A stretch of 58,633 nucleotides of DNA, the filler included, from Sphacelaria rigidula (Eukaryota), in assembly GCA_964200075.2 (NCBI GenBank). It is 8 parts of 8 records of this genome, joined end to end, with 100 filler letters (N's around TTAATTAATTAA, not from the genome) between each part and the next. Parts side by side here need not be neighbours in the genome. Positions count along the whole stretch, not along the records: positions 36,711 to 43,951 come from CAXNAA020015804.1; positions 44,052 to 51,292 come from CAXNAA020015805.1; 6 more parts are not named here. One strand, 5' to 3'. A program made the translations under genes and the position numbers. Below, piece after piece: positions 38,233 through 51,024 of this stretch. The first letter of the stretch is position 1. Every line of letters starts with the position of its first letter. The notes below the pieces were generated by a model. That model was not told the DNA's origin, searched no databases, and saw nothing but the letters and a program-made list of their open reading frames with translations.

Positions 38233-41200
38233 ATGACTTCATTATCTGGAGTACAGTGTATGCAACAGTACGAGTATGCATCAGCTTCTCTTGTTGCAAA
38301 ATTAATCTTGCCGTGGCCGCGAGCGCTGGCGTCGATGCCAACGGCAGCAGCCGTCATGCTGACAGGTGCAAGTAGTACCCTGGCAGTGCAGTATGTCCGC
38401 ACTGTTCGAGGGAAACGGTAAGAGCGTGGAAGATGTGCCGACCGATTCTGTTTGTACACACTTACCCCTTTTCTAGTTGGTTTTTGGATGAAAGCAAGCA
38501 CAGACAATACAATAGTGCCACACTATAAGCACGGGCTGTACTCGCGAGCACAGTAGGTAGCTGTGCTTCGCCAGTACAGTACAGTGCTACACCGTCCTCA
38601 CTGTAGGGTTCGAGGCCACATGCAGATGCACGTACATGGCAGTGGTGGGTGCAAATGATCACTACTGACTACGTGAAGGCTTCACTTTGTTTGCGAACAT
38701 CTGTAACGGACCGCAGATTTATAAACGTGGGCTCTCGAGTTGAAAAAAAACGACGCGGGATCGCACAGTAGTACGATGCAGTGCCACAGTGTTGCAGCAG
38801 AAAAGAGTATTCACAAGGACAGGCCGTGGATTCTGCGAACAGTACGATATTACAAGTATAGGCTGTGCTTCGCAAACACGGCACAGCTGTAGCCTGTACT
38901 TGTGACCTTGTACTACTGCATGTCCGAGTACAGGCTCTACTCTGCAAGCACAGACAGTACAGTAGTGCCACGTTACAAGCACGGGCCGTACTCTGCAAAA
39001 ACAAACAATCCAGTAGCGCCAGGTTACAAGCACGGGCTTTACTCGCGAGCACAGTAGGTAGCTGTGCTTTGCCAATACAGTACAGTGCTACATCGTCTTC
39101 ACTGTAGGGTTCGAGGCCACTTGCAGATGCACGTACATGGCAGTGGTGGGTGCAGATGCAGAGGGTATCACTACTGACTACGTGAAGGCTTCATTTTGTC
39201 TGTGAACATCTGTAACGGACCGTAAATTTAAAAACGTGGTCTCTCGAATTAAAAGAGCAAATTTACAAAAACGTGGGCTCTCGAATTAAAACATACGACG
39301 CGGGATTGGTCATCATAAAAGGTGAAGGTGGATCGTTATTTTGTCTTGTCTAGGGTACAAGCACGGCGGGCTGTACTCGCGAGCACAGTAGGTAGGTGTG
39401 CTTTGCCAACACAGTACAGCAGTATTCCGTCTTCACTGTCGCGCCCTTGCGCACGTGGAAGGACGTCACTCTGACTAGAACGATGGTGTCTGGAATTTGC
39501 GTAATGCGATGCGCGAAAGAATTTTCATCGTCATTCTATGGCCCTTACTTTCTTTCCGTTCCTTTTTCTGCTTATATGCCGTTCTTGCTTTTGTCATTGA
39601 GGGCGTCTGTCTCTTCTGTCCCTTTACTATTCCATTCCAATATAAGAAATGATATAGGAAAATCGGAAGTGCGATGCGAAGCAGAGCAATCTATTTCTCC
39701 TTGACGAAGTGAAATTCTGCTGTAGAGACGGCACAAGGCGCTAAGCACGCATGCCGGGCGGTGAAATCGTGGGCTGACGCACGTGGGAAGCGTGTCCTAG
39801 GATGTACAAACGAATTACTTATTCCTGTCCCTCGCCTACGTCTCTACAGCGCTGTAGGGCAAGCGACGTGTGGAGCTCAAAACCCACAGCAGGCCTGAAC
39901 GGGGAAAGGTTCCAAACTTCGCAACAAGGTTCCAATGCGGACCGAGTTTGGGGCGAGGATGACTGCTACGTAACTTCCTGTTGCTCACTCTCTTATGACG
40001 AAAGCTTACGCGCGGAAGCATTTTCTCCAGGAAGTGTTTTTTGCCACCGCATCTCACTCGGTTCATCTGCATACGCCGTTGTTCAAACCTTAGGGCAGCG
40101 GGTTCGATATATGCAGAGTATCAAAGACCTGTACTATGAGTAGTATAACGAAACAAAATACTGCTGTGGTGCGTTCGTATCTTCTCCTATTGTGCACTCC
40201 CAACATTTCAGCACCAGTATCCGGCACTGCTATAATAGTCGTCGGAAGGTACCACCTCCACCATGTAGCCGTGATACTTGAACGGAGTCATCGGTAGACA
40301 GCAAGTAGGACTGGGTGTATGTTTCTAGACGTTTGAAAGCATGATGTGCTTTGTCAGCACCCGAAGTACGTACACGGCACATGTGATTGTAGTCGTGTAT
40401 GGACCCCGCCTTCGTGATGGGGGCAAAGGATTTGAGGTCTTCACACTATAACCTTGTTTACTGTGTGTGCCATTGCCAGGCACATGACAATGTTGAAATG
40501 CTAGACTATGCGTGATGGACAGGTTTTCATATGGCCAGCATTTCATGTGTGTTATTCTCACGCGTTCACCTTCCTCAAGCGGTGCAACGATGGCTCTGTG
40601 AGATGTTCACTTTTGCCGTCCGGTTCACAGACGGTCACTCGAGGCCTGTGTCCGGCTGAGGGATGGTTACGTGAGAGCTTACCATGCGCGTCACATGGAT
40701 TCATTGTTTCAATGTATCTCGATGTCTCATTGGGCACACCCGAAATTCGCTCAAGTAGAAGAGCCCAGACGCAACAGAGCGTTATGTTGTTGGCGATGGA
40801 AAAGCACAGTACACAGGTTAGCACACGCAGGAAAGCATTGGCAAGCGTCTCTGCGAACGATCGTGTTTGACCCACGTGTCCTCACAAGTGTACGCTATCT
40901 AGTGTTTCGAGAGTATGCGTACCACCGTTTCCCCTTCAATCATGGCCCTGAAGCAGCATGTACCGGTCGTGCTGCTAGTGGACATTTTTTCGGCCTTGAA
41001 GACACAGCTGCTCCGGACTGCATATTAATGGGATGAAGGGTTCATGGTTTTGTTTTGCCTGACCGCGGGTCCGGGTTTGCGGTTTCCCGCGGTAGAAGCC
41101 GACCATTGACAAGCGTGCGCAGGCACACTGCTAATTAATTATGCACACCTTTGCACATGACATGCGGGCGCACACTTGAAGGGCCCTTAAAGGGCAATGG

Positions 41201-43081
41201 GATGTTCGTTTGACTGAGGTGATGGAGGAGATAAGTTCAACATGCCACAGGAATATGGAATGGAATCAGATGTCACAGTATCAGCAAATGAACGCCGGGT
41301 CTTTTCACTTGCTTAGGCCTTTTTTCGTCAGCTTGCACCACAGTGCAATACGCATTAGGCATAACAGAACATTAAATATCCCCTTACTTGAGATCGCATG
41401 TGCTACACATATGTACAATGCCTGTGTTCTTCAGAACGTTTGTGCCCCACTAAAGTAGCATACCCGTCCATGTAGCACTCAATTTCGCGGAATACGCGAA
41501 ATGGGTGCTCATTCCCGCACGCGTGTGTTTAATGCGGGTAGAAAAGTACTCCCCCTGATCGCCAATATAAGCAAGGTAAGGAAATCCGTGATATAAGCAA
41601 GGTTTGTACTATGTGATCCAAAGGAGGTCATGTAGGTATCGTTGGGCGCCTGATAAAGTTTATATGTACAACCGGATAGTGGAAGAAAACAACAACATTC
41701 GAAACGGTCGGGAATGATTCGTTGTCATCCCCTGGTTGCCTAACCCTAACCCTAACCCTAAGCTGCCAGCAAGGAGATACCGACTCACTTCGTCTTTCTC
41801 AGAATTGTTGACTTCTTTGCGCTTTGGCCCTTGGACTGCACTCCCTGCAGCAGGCATGCCTCATTACACGATAGGGAGGCTTTGCCCGGAGCCTTCAAAA
41901 GAGGGGGGTCGTTTCGAGCTACTTCTGATAGGGTAGGATAACCGTCTCTAGAGGGAAATTTGAAATAGCCCGGTCCTCGTTGTTCGGCAGGAACGCGGAG
42001 AAACCGCAAAAAAAACGGTTCGCGAAAATCCATCTTGGGCCCGACTTGGACCGCGTTTTATCCTCACCTTGCTTATGTTCGCGATCAAAATGAGTACATG
42101 TTCACCGTATGAGCTGGGCCGGCCAACAGTGATTTTTGAACGAAAAGTGGAGATGCGATTGGCAATTCGAAGAGCTAGGCGCTGAAAATATGACACGAAC
42201 ATTCTTATCATCAATCCACGCAACCTTATAAGTAGAATAGAGGAGAGAAAAAAACAGGAAGTTAGAGCGAGTTGAAGTTTCAGCAAAAAAAGGGAAAATG
42301 CTACAACTTCCTTCAAAGTTGATGAAAACGATGACAACAGTCCAGCATAAATGCGCACTGGCGTCAACCAATCCTGGTGAAGTTTCGGCCAGAACTACCT
42401 CAAATTGGGCTTCGCGTCGCACTTTTCGTGTGACACGGCTGCACTCCGGTGGTACAACAGCCTCAAATTACACGGGTCACGAGTTCGAATCCCGACACGA
42501 CAAAAACGTTTTGTGTGCATAATCCAATCGTGCATAATCTCTCGTACCTCCGGGTTGCGAAGGGTCTCGATATTTTGGTGACAGTCTTGCTTTTGGGGGG
42601 GGGGTATAGTGCAGTTTCAAGTAGTGCCTCTCCCTCGTGCGGTGATATACGACAGTTGGCTCGGAGGTTCTCTCCCATGATGGAGCTCATGACGAGCTTG
42701 ATGGCATCTTGCAGCACTACCTGTGTGCTCTTACCTAGGCATGTCGGGTGTGCGCGTGCCTTTGCGGCGCAGCGGTCTATCGTAATTCCACCGGATTCTG
42801 TGAAACGAAACGTCTCCAGACACGCTGTCACGCAACGACAAGATACGTACCCGGTACTCAATGCAGTACAAAAACATCATCGCCAAAACTGCGCCAATCA
42901 AGCAGCGGCGGTGCTGTGTGTTACCAAGTTCGTTTGCAGTTCACAGCAATATGGTCACGTCGCGCTTATTCGGGGACTTGAGGAGTTGTGGTGTGGACAG
43001 ACGATGTGGGATTTACTGCCGGCCCAGCTCGTAGGATGTGTGTCTGAGACAGGCAGGATGATACATGATCAGGCTAAATAG
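38233..43081 (+). CDS. Putative multi-exon gene, possibly a highly divergent dynein heavy chain-like protein (AAA1 region)
   Basis: Candidate exons ending at 38417 (GTAAGA donor), ~39850-40101, 40580-40816, ~41193-41298 and ~42610-43070. They show weak, colinear resemblance to dynein AAA1-region motifs. The exon chain is not fully phase-resolved. Confidence 0.35.
38529..39440. repeat. Local tandem duplication (~230-bp block repeated ~500 bp apart, plus a third partial copy)
   Basis: AGCACGGGCTGTACTCGCGAGCACAGTAGGTAG...CGACGCGGGA at 38529-38760 recurs at ~39029-39305, and its start recurs near 39360. Confidence 0.8.
41741..41761. repeat. Short interstitial (TAACCC)n telomere-like repeat
   Basis: TAACCCTAACCCTAACCCTAA. 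Confidence 0.6.
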
Positions 43082-44352
43082 TACGTTCAACAATGGTGAC
43101 ATATCGGTACGTTCCGAAGATTTTACCCTTGAACACGGGATTTTACGAATGGGGATAGATTTTTTGGGGGGGGTGGACAAAATCAAAAGTTGGACCAAAA
43201 ACTGCAAACAATATTCGCGGGTATCCGTACAGACCGCCACGTTTTGTAAGCGGATTAGTAGTTGTACGTTGGGTGTCAATCTATCGAACATCGAACAAAA
43301 TATAGTCTCATGTTGTTTTTTGAGTATATGCGTGATTTCATAGCCTCCAGTAGTTTCCGTGAGCCCCACAACGTCCCAAGCATATCGAACGGCGAGTTAC
43401 AACTAAGAATAAATGAATCTAGAAAATAATCTGCGTTCACCATTAAAAATGATTGTTACAGGGATGCAACCGACGTTTTGCCTTGTGCGATCCGGTCGGA
43501 TCGCAAATACAAACGATGTCCTCCCACGTACACTTTTCACTCACTACCTCTCAGCCTCCCCATATCTTACAGTCAACAGCCACCATGGTGGTTGCTCCGT
43601 GACCCGGCATTGGCTCGCGCCGCTGCCCCCGCCGCCGCCGCTGAACGCCCTCCGAAACCTCGGGCGACCTGACCGAGACGTGAAAAAACAATTTTTCCAA
43701 AGAATCGTTCTTGCACTTTCCGTTTCAACTTTTGACCTTGTCGATCCCCCCCCCCCAAAATCCATCCCCCATTTGCAGAAGCCCGTCCTCTTGCCAGGCG
43801 TCTGCCGGATTCCACGAGGACTGTAGAAGGAAGGATCTTTACGGCGACGATTATCGTCATGTCGGCGTCATCTAGAGTGTTTCACGGTTAGGACAAATAA
43901 TGATTCGTCAGGAAATTACTTGGTTTTAGTATTATAAGTTGACTCGTGGTGNNNNNNNNNNNNNNNNNNNNNNNNNNNNNNNNNNNNNNNNNNNNTTAAT
44001 TAATTAANNNNNNNNNNNNNNNNNNNNNNNNNNNNNNNNNNNNNNNNNNNNGTTCTCTCCACCCTAATGGTGCCAGTGGGACCATTACACCACCGGGGCG
44101 CGGCGTCTCATATCATGCCCAACAGATAATACACATATCTATAAGGTTGACTCAATTCCTTGTTACTGACATAGAATGCGTGCACTCAGGGTACACGCAC
44201 ACCCCGCAGGGAAACCCCGGGTGAGTGACCCCCGGTGAGGTCAGCTGACTGTACTCCTCGCTACATAGTCATGCTCCACACAATGCTCCGACTGCAGTAC
44301 CCGTAGATGATGATCTCGGATCGATTACCCCGAACACGGTTGTAAACGAAAT

Positions 44353-44724
44353 AACATAGTCATCTTGTGCACCGTCACGCGGTTCTCCGCGCGCACGCTT
44401 TGCTTGCACAACCCTCTCACTGCCTCCGGTTGTTCTCGTCCATTACCTCCACGGCTGTGAAGCGCTCAATTACCTCCTTGAGGGATCACACTCCATCGGC
44501 CAGCGGCAGACACAAATTGAGGAATGCCTCGTACTGCAAGACAAGTATGAGGCATTCCTCGACTTGTCTCTGCAGCTGGCCGACGGAGTGTGCTCCCTCA
44601 AGGAGGTATTTGAGCGCTTCACAGCCGTGGAGATGATGGACGAGGACAGCCGAAGGCAGTGAGAGGGTTGCAAGCAAAGCGTGCGCGCGGAAAACCCCGT
44701 GACGGTGTACAAGGTGATTATGTT
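44353..44724. ncRNA. Long foldback (candidate hairpin RNA / miRNA precursor) derived from a ubiquitin-specific protease exon
   Basis: Arms 44353-44535 and 44544-44724 are near-perfect reverse complements around an 8-nt loop (GCAAGACA). The right arm reads KYEAFLDLSLQLADGVCSLKEVFERFTAVEMMDEDSRRQ*EGCKQSVRA, a USP-like peptide containing a stop. The inverted repeat is certain; RNA function is inferred. Confidence 0.6.
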
Positions 44725-47700
44725 CTTCCATTTACAATCGTGATGTACTACCTCGGTGCAATTTGTTCTTTTTGTGTGGCTCGTGACATGTTCTATGGAA
44801 CAGCTCTAGCGCTCCTTTGTGTTGAGGGGGAAAGGAGAACTGTAATGATGTGTAGCCAAGTTATTCGGCGGATTTTGGTGGATATTTCAAGAATGTCTTG
44901 TGTGTTTCTGCTATTGCCTTTTTCTAGATGTCGCATTTTTGTTCCAAACTGCAAGACTCTCTTTTGAATAGTGATTGATTGGTGCGTGCGGCTGAAGCGT
45001 CCATTATATTTTCCGTGCATTTGAAATGCCGGAGGCTGATCTGACAGTGAAAATGTAGTGGGTGGACAAACTTCGACATCACGGCCGACGAGGAAAAGGG
45101 ACCGCTGAATGCTTCTCGCGAAGGCTATTAAGGCAAGCATCGCAGAAGGAAGGTGGATTACTAATACGAAATAGAGAAATAGAAACTCCTGTGTCGACCT
45201 TCCTTCTGTGTGACCCTAGCTGATACGCCCACATATACCGAGATGTTTAGACTAGCCTCCAGAAAAAATGGGATGACAAGACACACAGATGGCTGCTGCT
45301 CGCTCAAATTTGTACCAGCGTCACCGACAAAACGTGCCTCATAGTACGGTGGACTGTTTCTGCTGCAGCTCCGAAGATACGAGGCATCGAGTGTGGGTGT
45401 TCAGGTGACAGGGCCAGCGTTGAAATGTTACCATAGATTTCCACCTGTTGCACATGACAGCTGTCGGCTTTTTATCTGAGCGATAATGACAGCCTCTTGA
45501 GCCGAATTCTCGATCGAACATGCCAGCACCCACCATGTTTCCGGATCTTTTTTCGATAGCAAGCGAATAAATCAGTGGACGAAAGTGAAGCAATTAGGAA
45601 CAGGAATGGCGTGAACCCATCAATCGTGTTTTCTAAGTTTTCGCCGCCCATCATCGTTGGCCAAAAATGTTGGTACGACACGTGCTGCGCCGTGCTAGCC
45701 TTTGCAGTACCTTTACTCGTGTTTTTCTCTTCCTTTCCTGTCCTGCCCTCTTGGCTTGTCTCGTTTTTTCTTTGTTCTTGGCCTGGATTGTGTTGGTCTT
45801 GATCTGTTTTGTTTTGTTATCGTCATACTATTTACTGTCATTTGTGTTTCCCTTTTTGCAGGCTCGTTCTTGGATTCTGTCATCCTGATACGCTTCTCGC
45901 GTCGTCTTACCGTGCCATGCCCTGTGCCGACGTGTTCGGTATGCCGGCGTATCTCGTCTCCCCGTTTTGGCTTCTCGACCTCTTATGGCCCGCGTGTCAT
46001 GCATTCTTTCCTTTTCTGGTATTTCTTTCGAACCGTACGTGTATGTGTAATTTGTTTTTTCGCTGACGATTTCGTAGAACCCCGCCCTCCGGGGCGTCGT
46101 GTTTTCATGTTTGTGGGCGCATTATTTTCTCTTCTGTTGGCATCGCGCCTTTTTGGGCCATGGCTTTGTGACCGCGGGCGCTATATTCCGGAAAAGGATT
46201 GATGTGAGTTTGTACGAGGATCCGATGGTTGAACACGTGTTGGCTCTAGTCTGAATCATCATCCAGTAGAGAGTCGGGAACTCGGCGCCATGGCCGATTC
46301 TTGGATACACACTTCTTGACTATTATATCCGTCACATTACACACCACACACTACATACTTGGTTAAAGTCTAGAACACTGTGGTGTCGTGTCTCCCTCCT
46401 ACACGGCTGGCGGGGAAGTTCCTGCTCTAATAGCACCGTTACTGAATACCCAAGTCCCAACCTGCTTTCACGGCAATATTTTTTACAGCACCCTTGCCTG
46501 AAGCCCTGGCAGCGGCCTGTCGGGGCTTGACCGGCGCTAGATCTCAGCCTCGATTTCTCCTTGTATTTTTATTTTATCCTTTTTCCCGCACATTTGTGCA
46601 TGGTTTAATTTTATTAATAATTATTCATTTATTATTTCCGTACATTATTCCGATCTCGCGAACCTGTGGTCACCGACGTAGACTCCCCTTCCTAATACCA
46701 TCCCTACTATTCCATAATTTTCGTCAGGTTCAATTTTTACCTTTTTCTGTTTTGTTCTTTTTTTTTCTTCTCCCTTCATCATCTTTCTCTAGGCCTAAGC
46801 TTTTAATTGTCCCCCCCCCCCCAAACTCATGCGTCTGGTTTAAAAGGGGCCATTTTGAAGCGGAAACCCCGCCGAGACGTTATAATTACTTGATTTTAGG
46901 TTAGGAGACCGGAGAACAAGAACCCATAAGTAATTTATGCGAGCTATATGCGCGCATAGAAAGCAAAAGCCCTTTTCTCAGGATATCACAGCTGAAGAAC
47001 GAAATCAACAACTTTGAGGGTCACGAAGGGTGAGTTACATGTATGAAGTTGCGTGTTAGGTGCCGGGTGCGATTGGACACCGGTTGTGATTTCACGCGTA
47101 GCTTCGGGTCCTAACGCTGACGCCAAAGAGGGCATCACCCCTGGAGAGAAAGGATGAGGACGAAAACCCCGTGGGTCACGGGAGGTCAGCCACAGGGACG
47201 AAGCTGTGTGTTCTGATGTTTTGAGTTCATCTTGGGGTAGAAGAGACTTCGGGTGAGGACGAGGATGAGAATGAACTGAGGTGGGCCAGGGCTTCAGGGG
47301 CTGCTGCCCTGGCCGGTCCTAGGAGTATGTAGGTACTTGGGTGAGGGAAGTGGACGATGACCCGAGGTGACGGTACATGAGCTCCACGGCAAATGTTCTT
47401 GGAGACATACGGAGGGACTATATGCGTATCTGCTGCATGTGGGTATGTTCTAGGGCGGGCAAGGGGCGGGTATCCCCCATGATACGGTATACTTCATTTC
47501 TCGCGTTCCCGTTGCCGCCGGTGTCTCCACCTCTACATAATTTACTCTGGGGTGGCGTATATCTCGTGACCAGGGCGGGTTTCGTGGCAGATCAGTTGAT
47601 GTGCCACACACGATCGATAAGCTCACCACACCAACATCACACAACATGGTCACCCTTGCAACCCCTGGGTAGAATATCGGATGGCATGGGAGCGGGGACA

Positions 47701-48984
47701 TGACACAGGGGAGGGATACGATTCGAACTAGCCGGCGGGCGCTATGCCATTGTAACTTCAACCTTCAACCCGAACCGCCACCTGCCTGCGTCGTTGGCAG
47801 CAGTTGTTGCTGCTGGGTATTTCTTGCTCGTTTCCTGTACCCTGTACTGTCTGCTTAATGTTGTGGACTTGAAATTGAATCTGTACTGACTCTCCCGTAA
47901 TGAATGCGTGATGCTGCCAACTGTCACTGTACGATGCCGACTTTGTGGTTGATTTTATTTCGTGTAATACTCACCCAGTGTTCTTCCCTCTATGCATAGC
48001 GTTCGCCGCCGCGTCGTGGTGACCCCGCCGACACCCTGGCCACCTACCACCCGCACGTTGTTGTGCAACTGCCGCTGCCCAGCTGCAAGTTTCTTCGGTT
48101 TCAAACCAACGACCGCGTAACTCCGATCATTTTCTAATGGATGTTTAGACTGAGAACGGTACACCTCTTTGAAACCGACTGGCGAACTTTCGAACTAGAG
48201 CATATACCTTTTCTAGTTCGAAGTCTTTATCCGACGGGAAACGCGGCGGAATTAGCAGTGAGTGCTGCAATGACGTAAAGTTAAAACAGACGAAATTGTC
48301 CACTCTGCCAGCGACAGCAATCACCCAGCGCTCTTTGATACTTACAGGTCTCTGTGTTTTCATCAGGATTTCCATCAGCCTCTACTAGCTACACACAGGT
48401 ACGTCGACTTTGCGAGGGAAGGGAAGGGGGAGCTGTTTATCCGCACGCGAGCGAGCGTTGAATAGACAGAACTCCGTGACTCCAGACTAGCGCAAAAATG
48501 CGCAGCAATTTGTTTTTATATTCAAGTAAGAATAAACGTTGCCGTTTGACTGTTGGCGTAAAAAGTTTCACGTGACGTGCCTTCGAGACTCCCGAGACAG
48601 CTAGAAAGCGTGAAGCTTTCCGCGTCTTGGTCTGAAGCGGTTGCTAGGAGCTCAGTCGATGAGAACGGTTAACTGTTGTGCTCTATTCACCACTTAGACA
48701 CCGGTTGGAGAGTGCTGTGCTTTCCTGTACTCCGCGTTCTGTCGAGCCAGAGTAGATCGGATTCGAGGTGTCAAAAAATAAAGAACGGACAGTTGTAGAA
48801 AAAATCAGATGTTTTTCTGAAGTCAGACCTCATCAATGTGGCATCCAATATAAGGTACATTTCTCTCATAACTGAAAGTAAGAAGATACCTTATATTCTT
48901 CAATGAAATGGATATCTTCACAGCAATCTGCTCTACACCGGTTTGATTTATGATATGCCTCGTGTTGTGCTGTTGCGTTTTCAG

Positions 48985-50436
48985 GAAAGAATGCCACTTT
49001 TGAGCGTCATCCCAGCGGATCAAGTGTTGGCCGTTGCCATTAAGGATGCCACCGTGAGCACCTCAACCGTTAACCCGGCCAGGATTACCACAGCTGTGCA
49101 GAAGATGCGACCGGTAAGGGGTAGCAGCGCTCCTCAGTCGACAGACGGAAGATGACGGATTTTGGCACCGATCCCGCGTTTTGTCGGGAAAACCCAAAGA
49201 GAACATTTTTCGCCCCCTCTTCTTTTGTAAATGCTCCGCCTTCGCCTCGATGATCTGGCTCTCGCTCTCAACCTCCCTGCGCATTGTGGACAGGTAGTGT
49301 TATGGCGGAAGCATGAAAAGCTGTAAACCTACGTTGACTTGATTGTCTATCTCCTCGTGCTGTCCTTTCCTGGTCGGCTGGACTCAACTTGGGGGAGAAG
49401 AAGCAGGCGATAAAGTTATGCTGTAGTGCTGTAGTGGGCAACAAAAACGACACAGAGAAACGTGGTCATTTTATCGTCAGCGCAACACCAGCATGAAGTA
49501 CACGTACGCGTATTATTCATAATAGTACTATTATTATGGTACTGTCAGTACTACCGCAGGACCTAGTTGTTGACAAAAATAGTACGGCTGCGTTTAAAAC
49601 GGACACGTGTCGGCTTGACATGCGTCGCGCCGAAATCCCTTCATCATACGTATGGTATGTCAAAGCCTGTATTTTGCGCCCTCAAAGTTACGGCGACTGC
49701 GGCCCGAGGCTACTGTCACAATAGGTGATGTTGGAGGCACAAAATTTGGATGCCCTTGTCGACTGTCACAATGCGCGGCGTCTAGAAGGAAATCACCAAT
49801 TGGCGCACTGTCGGTGTCCTCCTGCAATTTTGTGGTGGAACCTGGTGAGCCTGGACTGGTGTTCCACTGATTTGTTCAACTTCGACCCGGAACACGACAC
49901 AAGACAAGAGTAGTTCATGTTGCGCTTGGTCGAGGTCTTGTTTCTCGTATACGAAGTACACAGATAGTATGTGGTACTTGTGATGGATAAGGACACTGGT
50001 CCTTTCGGAGCAATTATCCTTAACCCTTGGACCGCGAGACTAGTCTTTCTGGATCATGCATACTTTTTTTCTCTTGAAATTGATGCCGATTCAACAGAAG
50101 ACTAACCTAGCGGTCTAAGGGTTAACGCAAGAGAGTGGATTCGTACGTACCGATTGCTGCGCGTTAACGAGGTCTTGAGCTGTTACATATATATCATGCA
50201 GTACGGTTGTGTATTATTATGGGCACCGACGAAGGTCTGCTCAGAGAAGCCATCCTGAGTTTTCTTCAAGTACAGTATAAGGCGAAACACAGTACGTATT
50301 GGGTACTGCGCAATGATACGTGAAGATATACAAAACGCAGGGATTCGCGTCTGCAAATTTGCGTACCGACATGCATGCCGTAACGGCGGAGCGCGTACCA
50401 TCATGCCGAAATCTCTGGAACTCAGGTGCTGGTTGA
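48985..50436 (+). CDS. Putative small multi-exon gene, product unknown
   Basis: Three phase-0 AG/GT-compatible exons: 48985-49113 (GTAAGG donor), 49725-49844 (GTGAGC donor) and 50341-50436 (ends in TGA). They give a continuous frame with no recognisable family. Confidence 0.35.
50020..50125. mobile_element. piggyBac-like MITE (~100 bp, TTAA target-site duplication)
   Basis: TTAA|CCCTTGGACCGC...GCGGTCTAAGGG|TTAA: CCC...GGG termini, 12-bp inverted repeats and TTAA on both sides. Confidence 0.8.
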
Positions 50437-50620
50437 AGTACACCTTCCTTCAGGTGGTCGGCCATCCACGTGTATCGTACCAACGACTGCAGCAGTACCC
50501 AGTACCCAAGCGTATTGCCTCTGGGCATCGATCTGTAGTCCCTCTTCTGATCATCCTGTACTCCGAACATAGCATTGTCATCGTTCCCGGTGCCGTGCAC
50601 TGTACAGCAATACAGCACTG
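50241..50620 (-). CDS. Possible exon of an unidentified gene
   Basis: A CTGTACAG acceptor is followed by coding-like HGTGNDDNAMFGVQDDQKRDYRSMPRGNTLGYWVLLQSLVRYTWMADHLKE. No family recognised. Confidence 0.3.
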
Positions 50621-50991
50621 CAGCACTGCCTGTACACTGTACATTCACGCCGTGGGAATAGCCAGGCCGGAAACTGCTCTGTACAGTGCTGTCTGTAATC
50701 TGCGTTATCGTATATGGCTGCGCACTAGGCGTCAAGGACCTCCCCAACACAGGCGTATTCGCCGACTTCCGTTTGTGGTGAATGATATGTATCGTGGACG
50801 ACAACACATCGCGCATCCCTAAGGAAAGACAATGTAGACTGATGTCGCGATAGTGCCGCGGCCCCTTCTCCCCCCCCCCGCACGCACCGCCCCACCGCCA
50901 ACGACCACNNNNNNNNNNAATGATATTTATCGTGGACAAAAAACCATCCCCCCTCCCAAAGAAAAAACCATGTAAACTGATGTCCCGATAG

Positions 50992-51024
<33 letters not shown>

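Noticed and set aside
41741-41761. Chromosome end
   Set aside because: Only about three units, internal to a contig.
23300-44724. Ubiquitin-system gene cluster (E1-like gene plus USP fragment)
   Set aside because: The two lie on different contigs joined artificially, so no linkage can be inferred.
44353-44724. Functional USP gene exon
   Set aside because: Both arms contain in-frame stops and the left arm has a 2-nt frameshift. I recognised no other USP exons on this contig.
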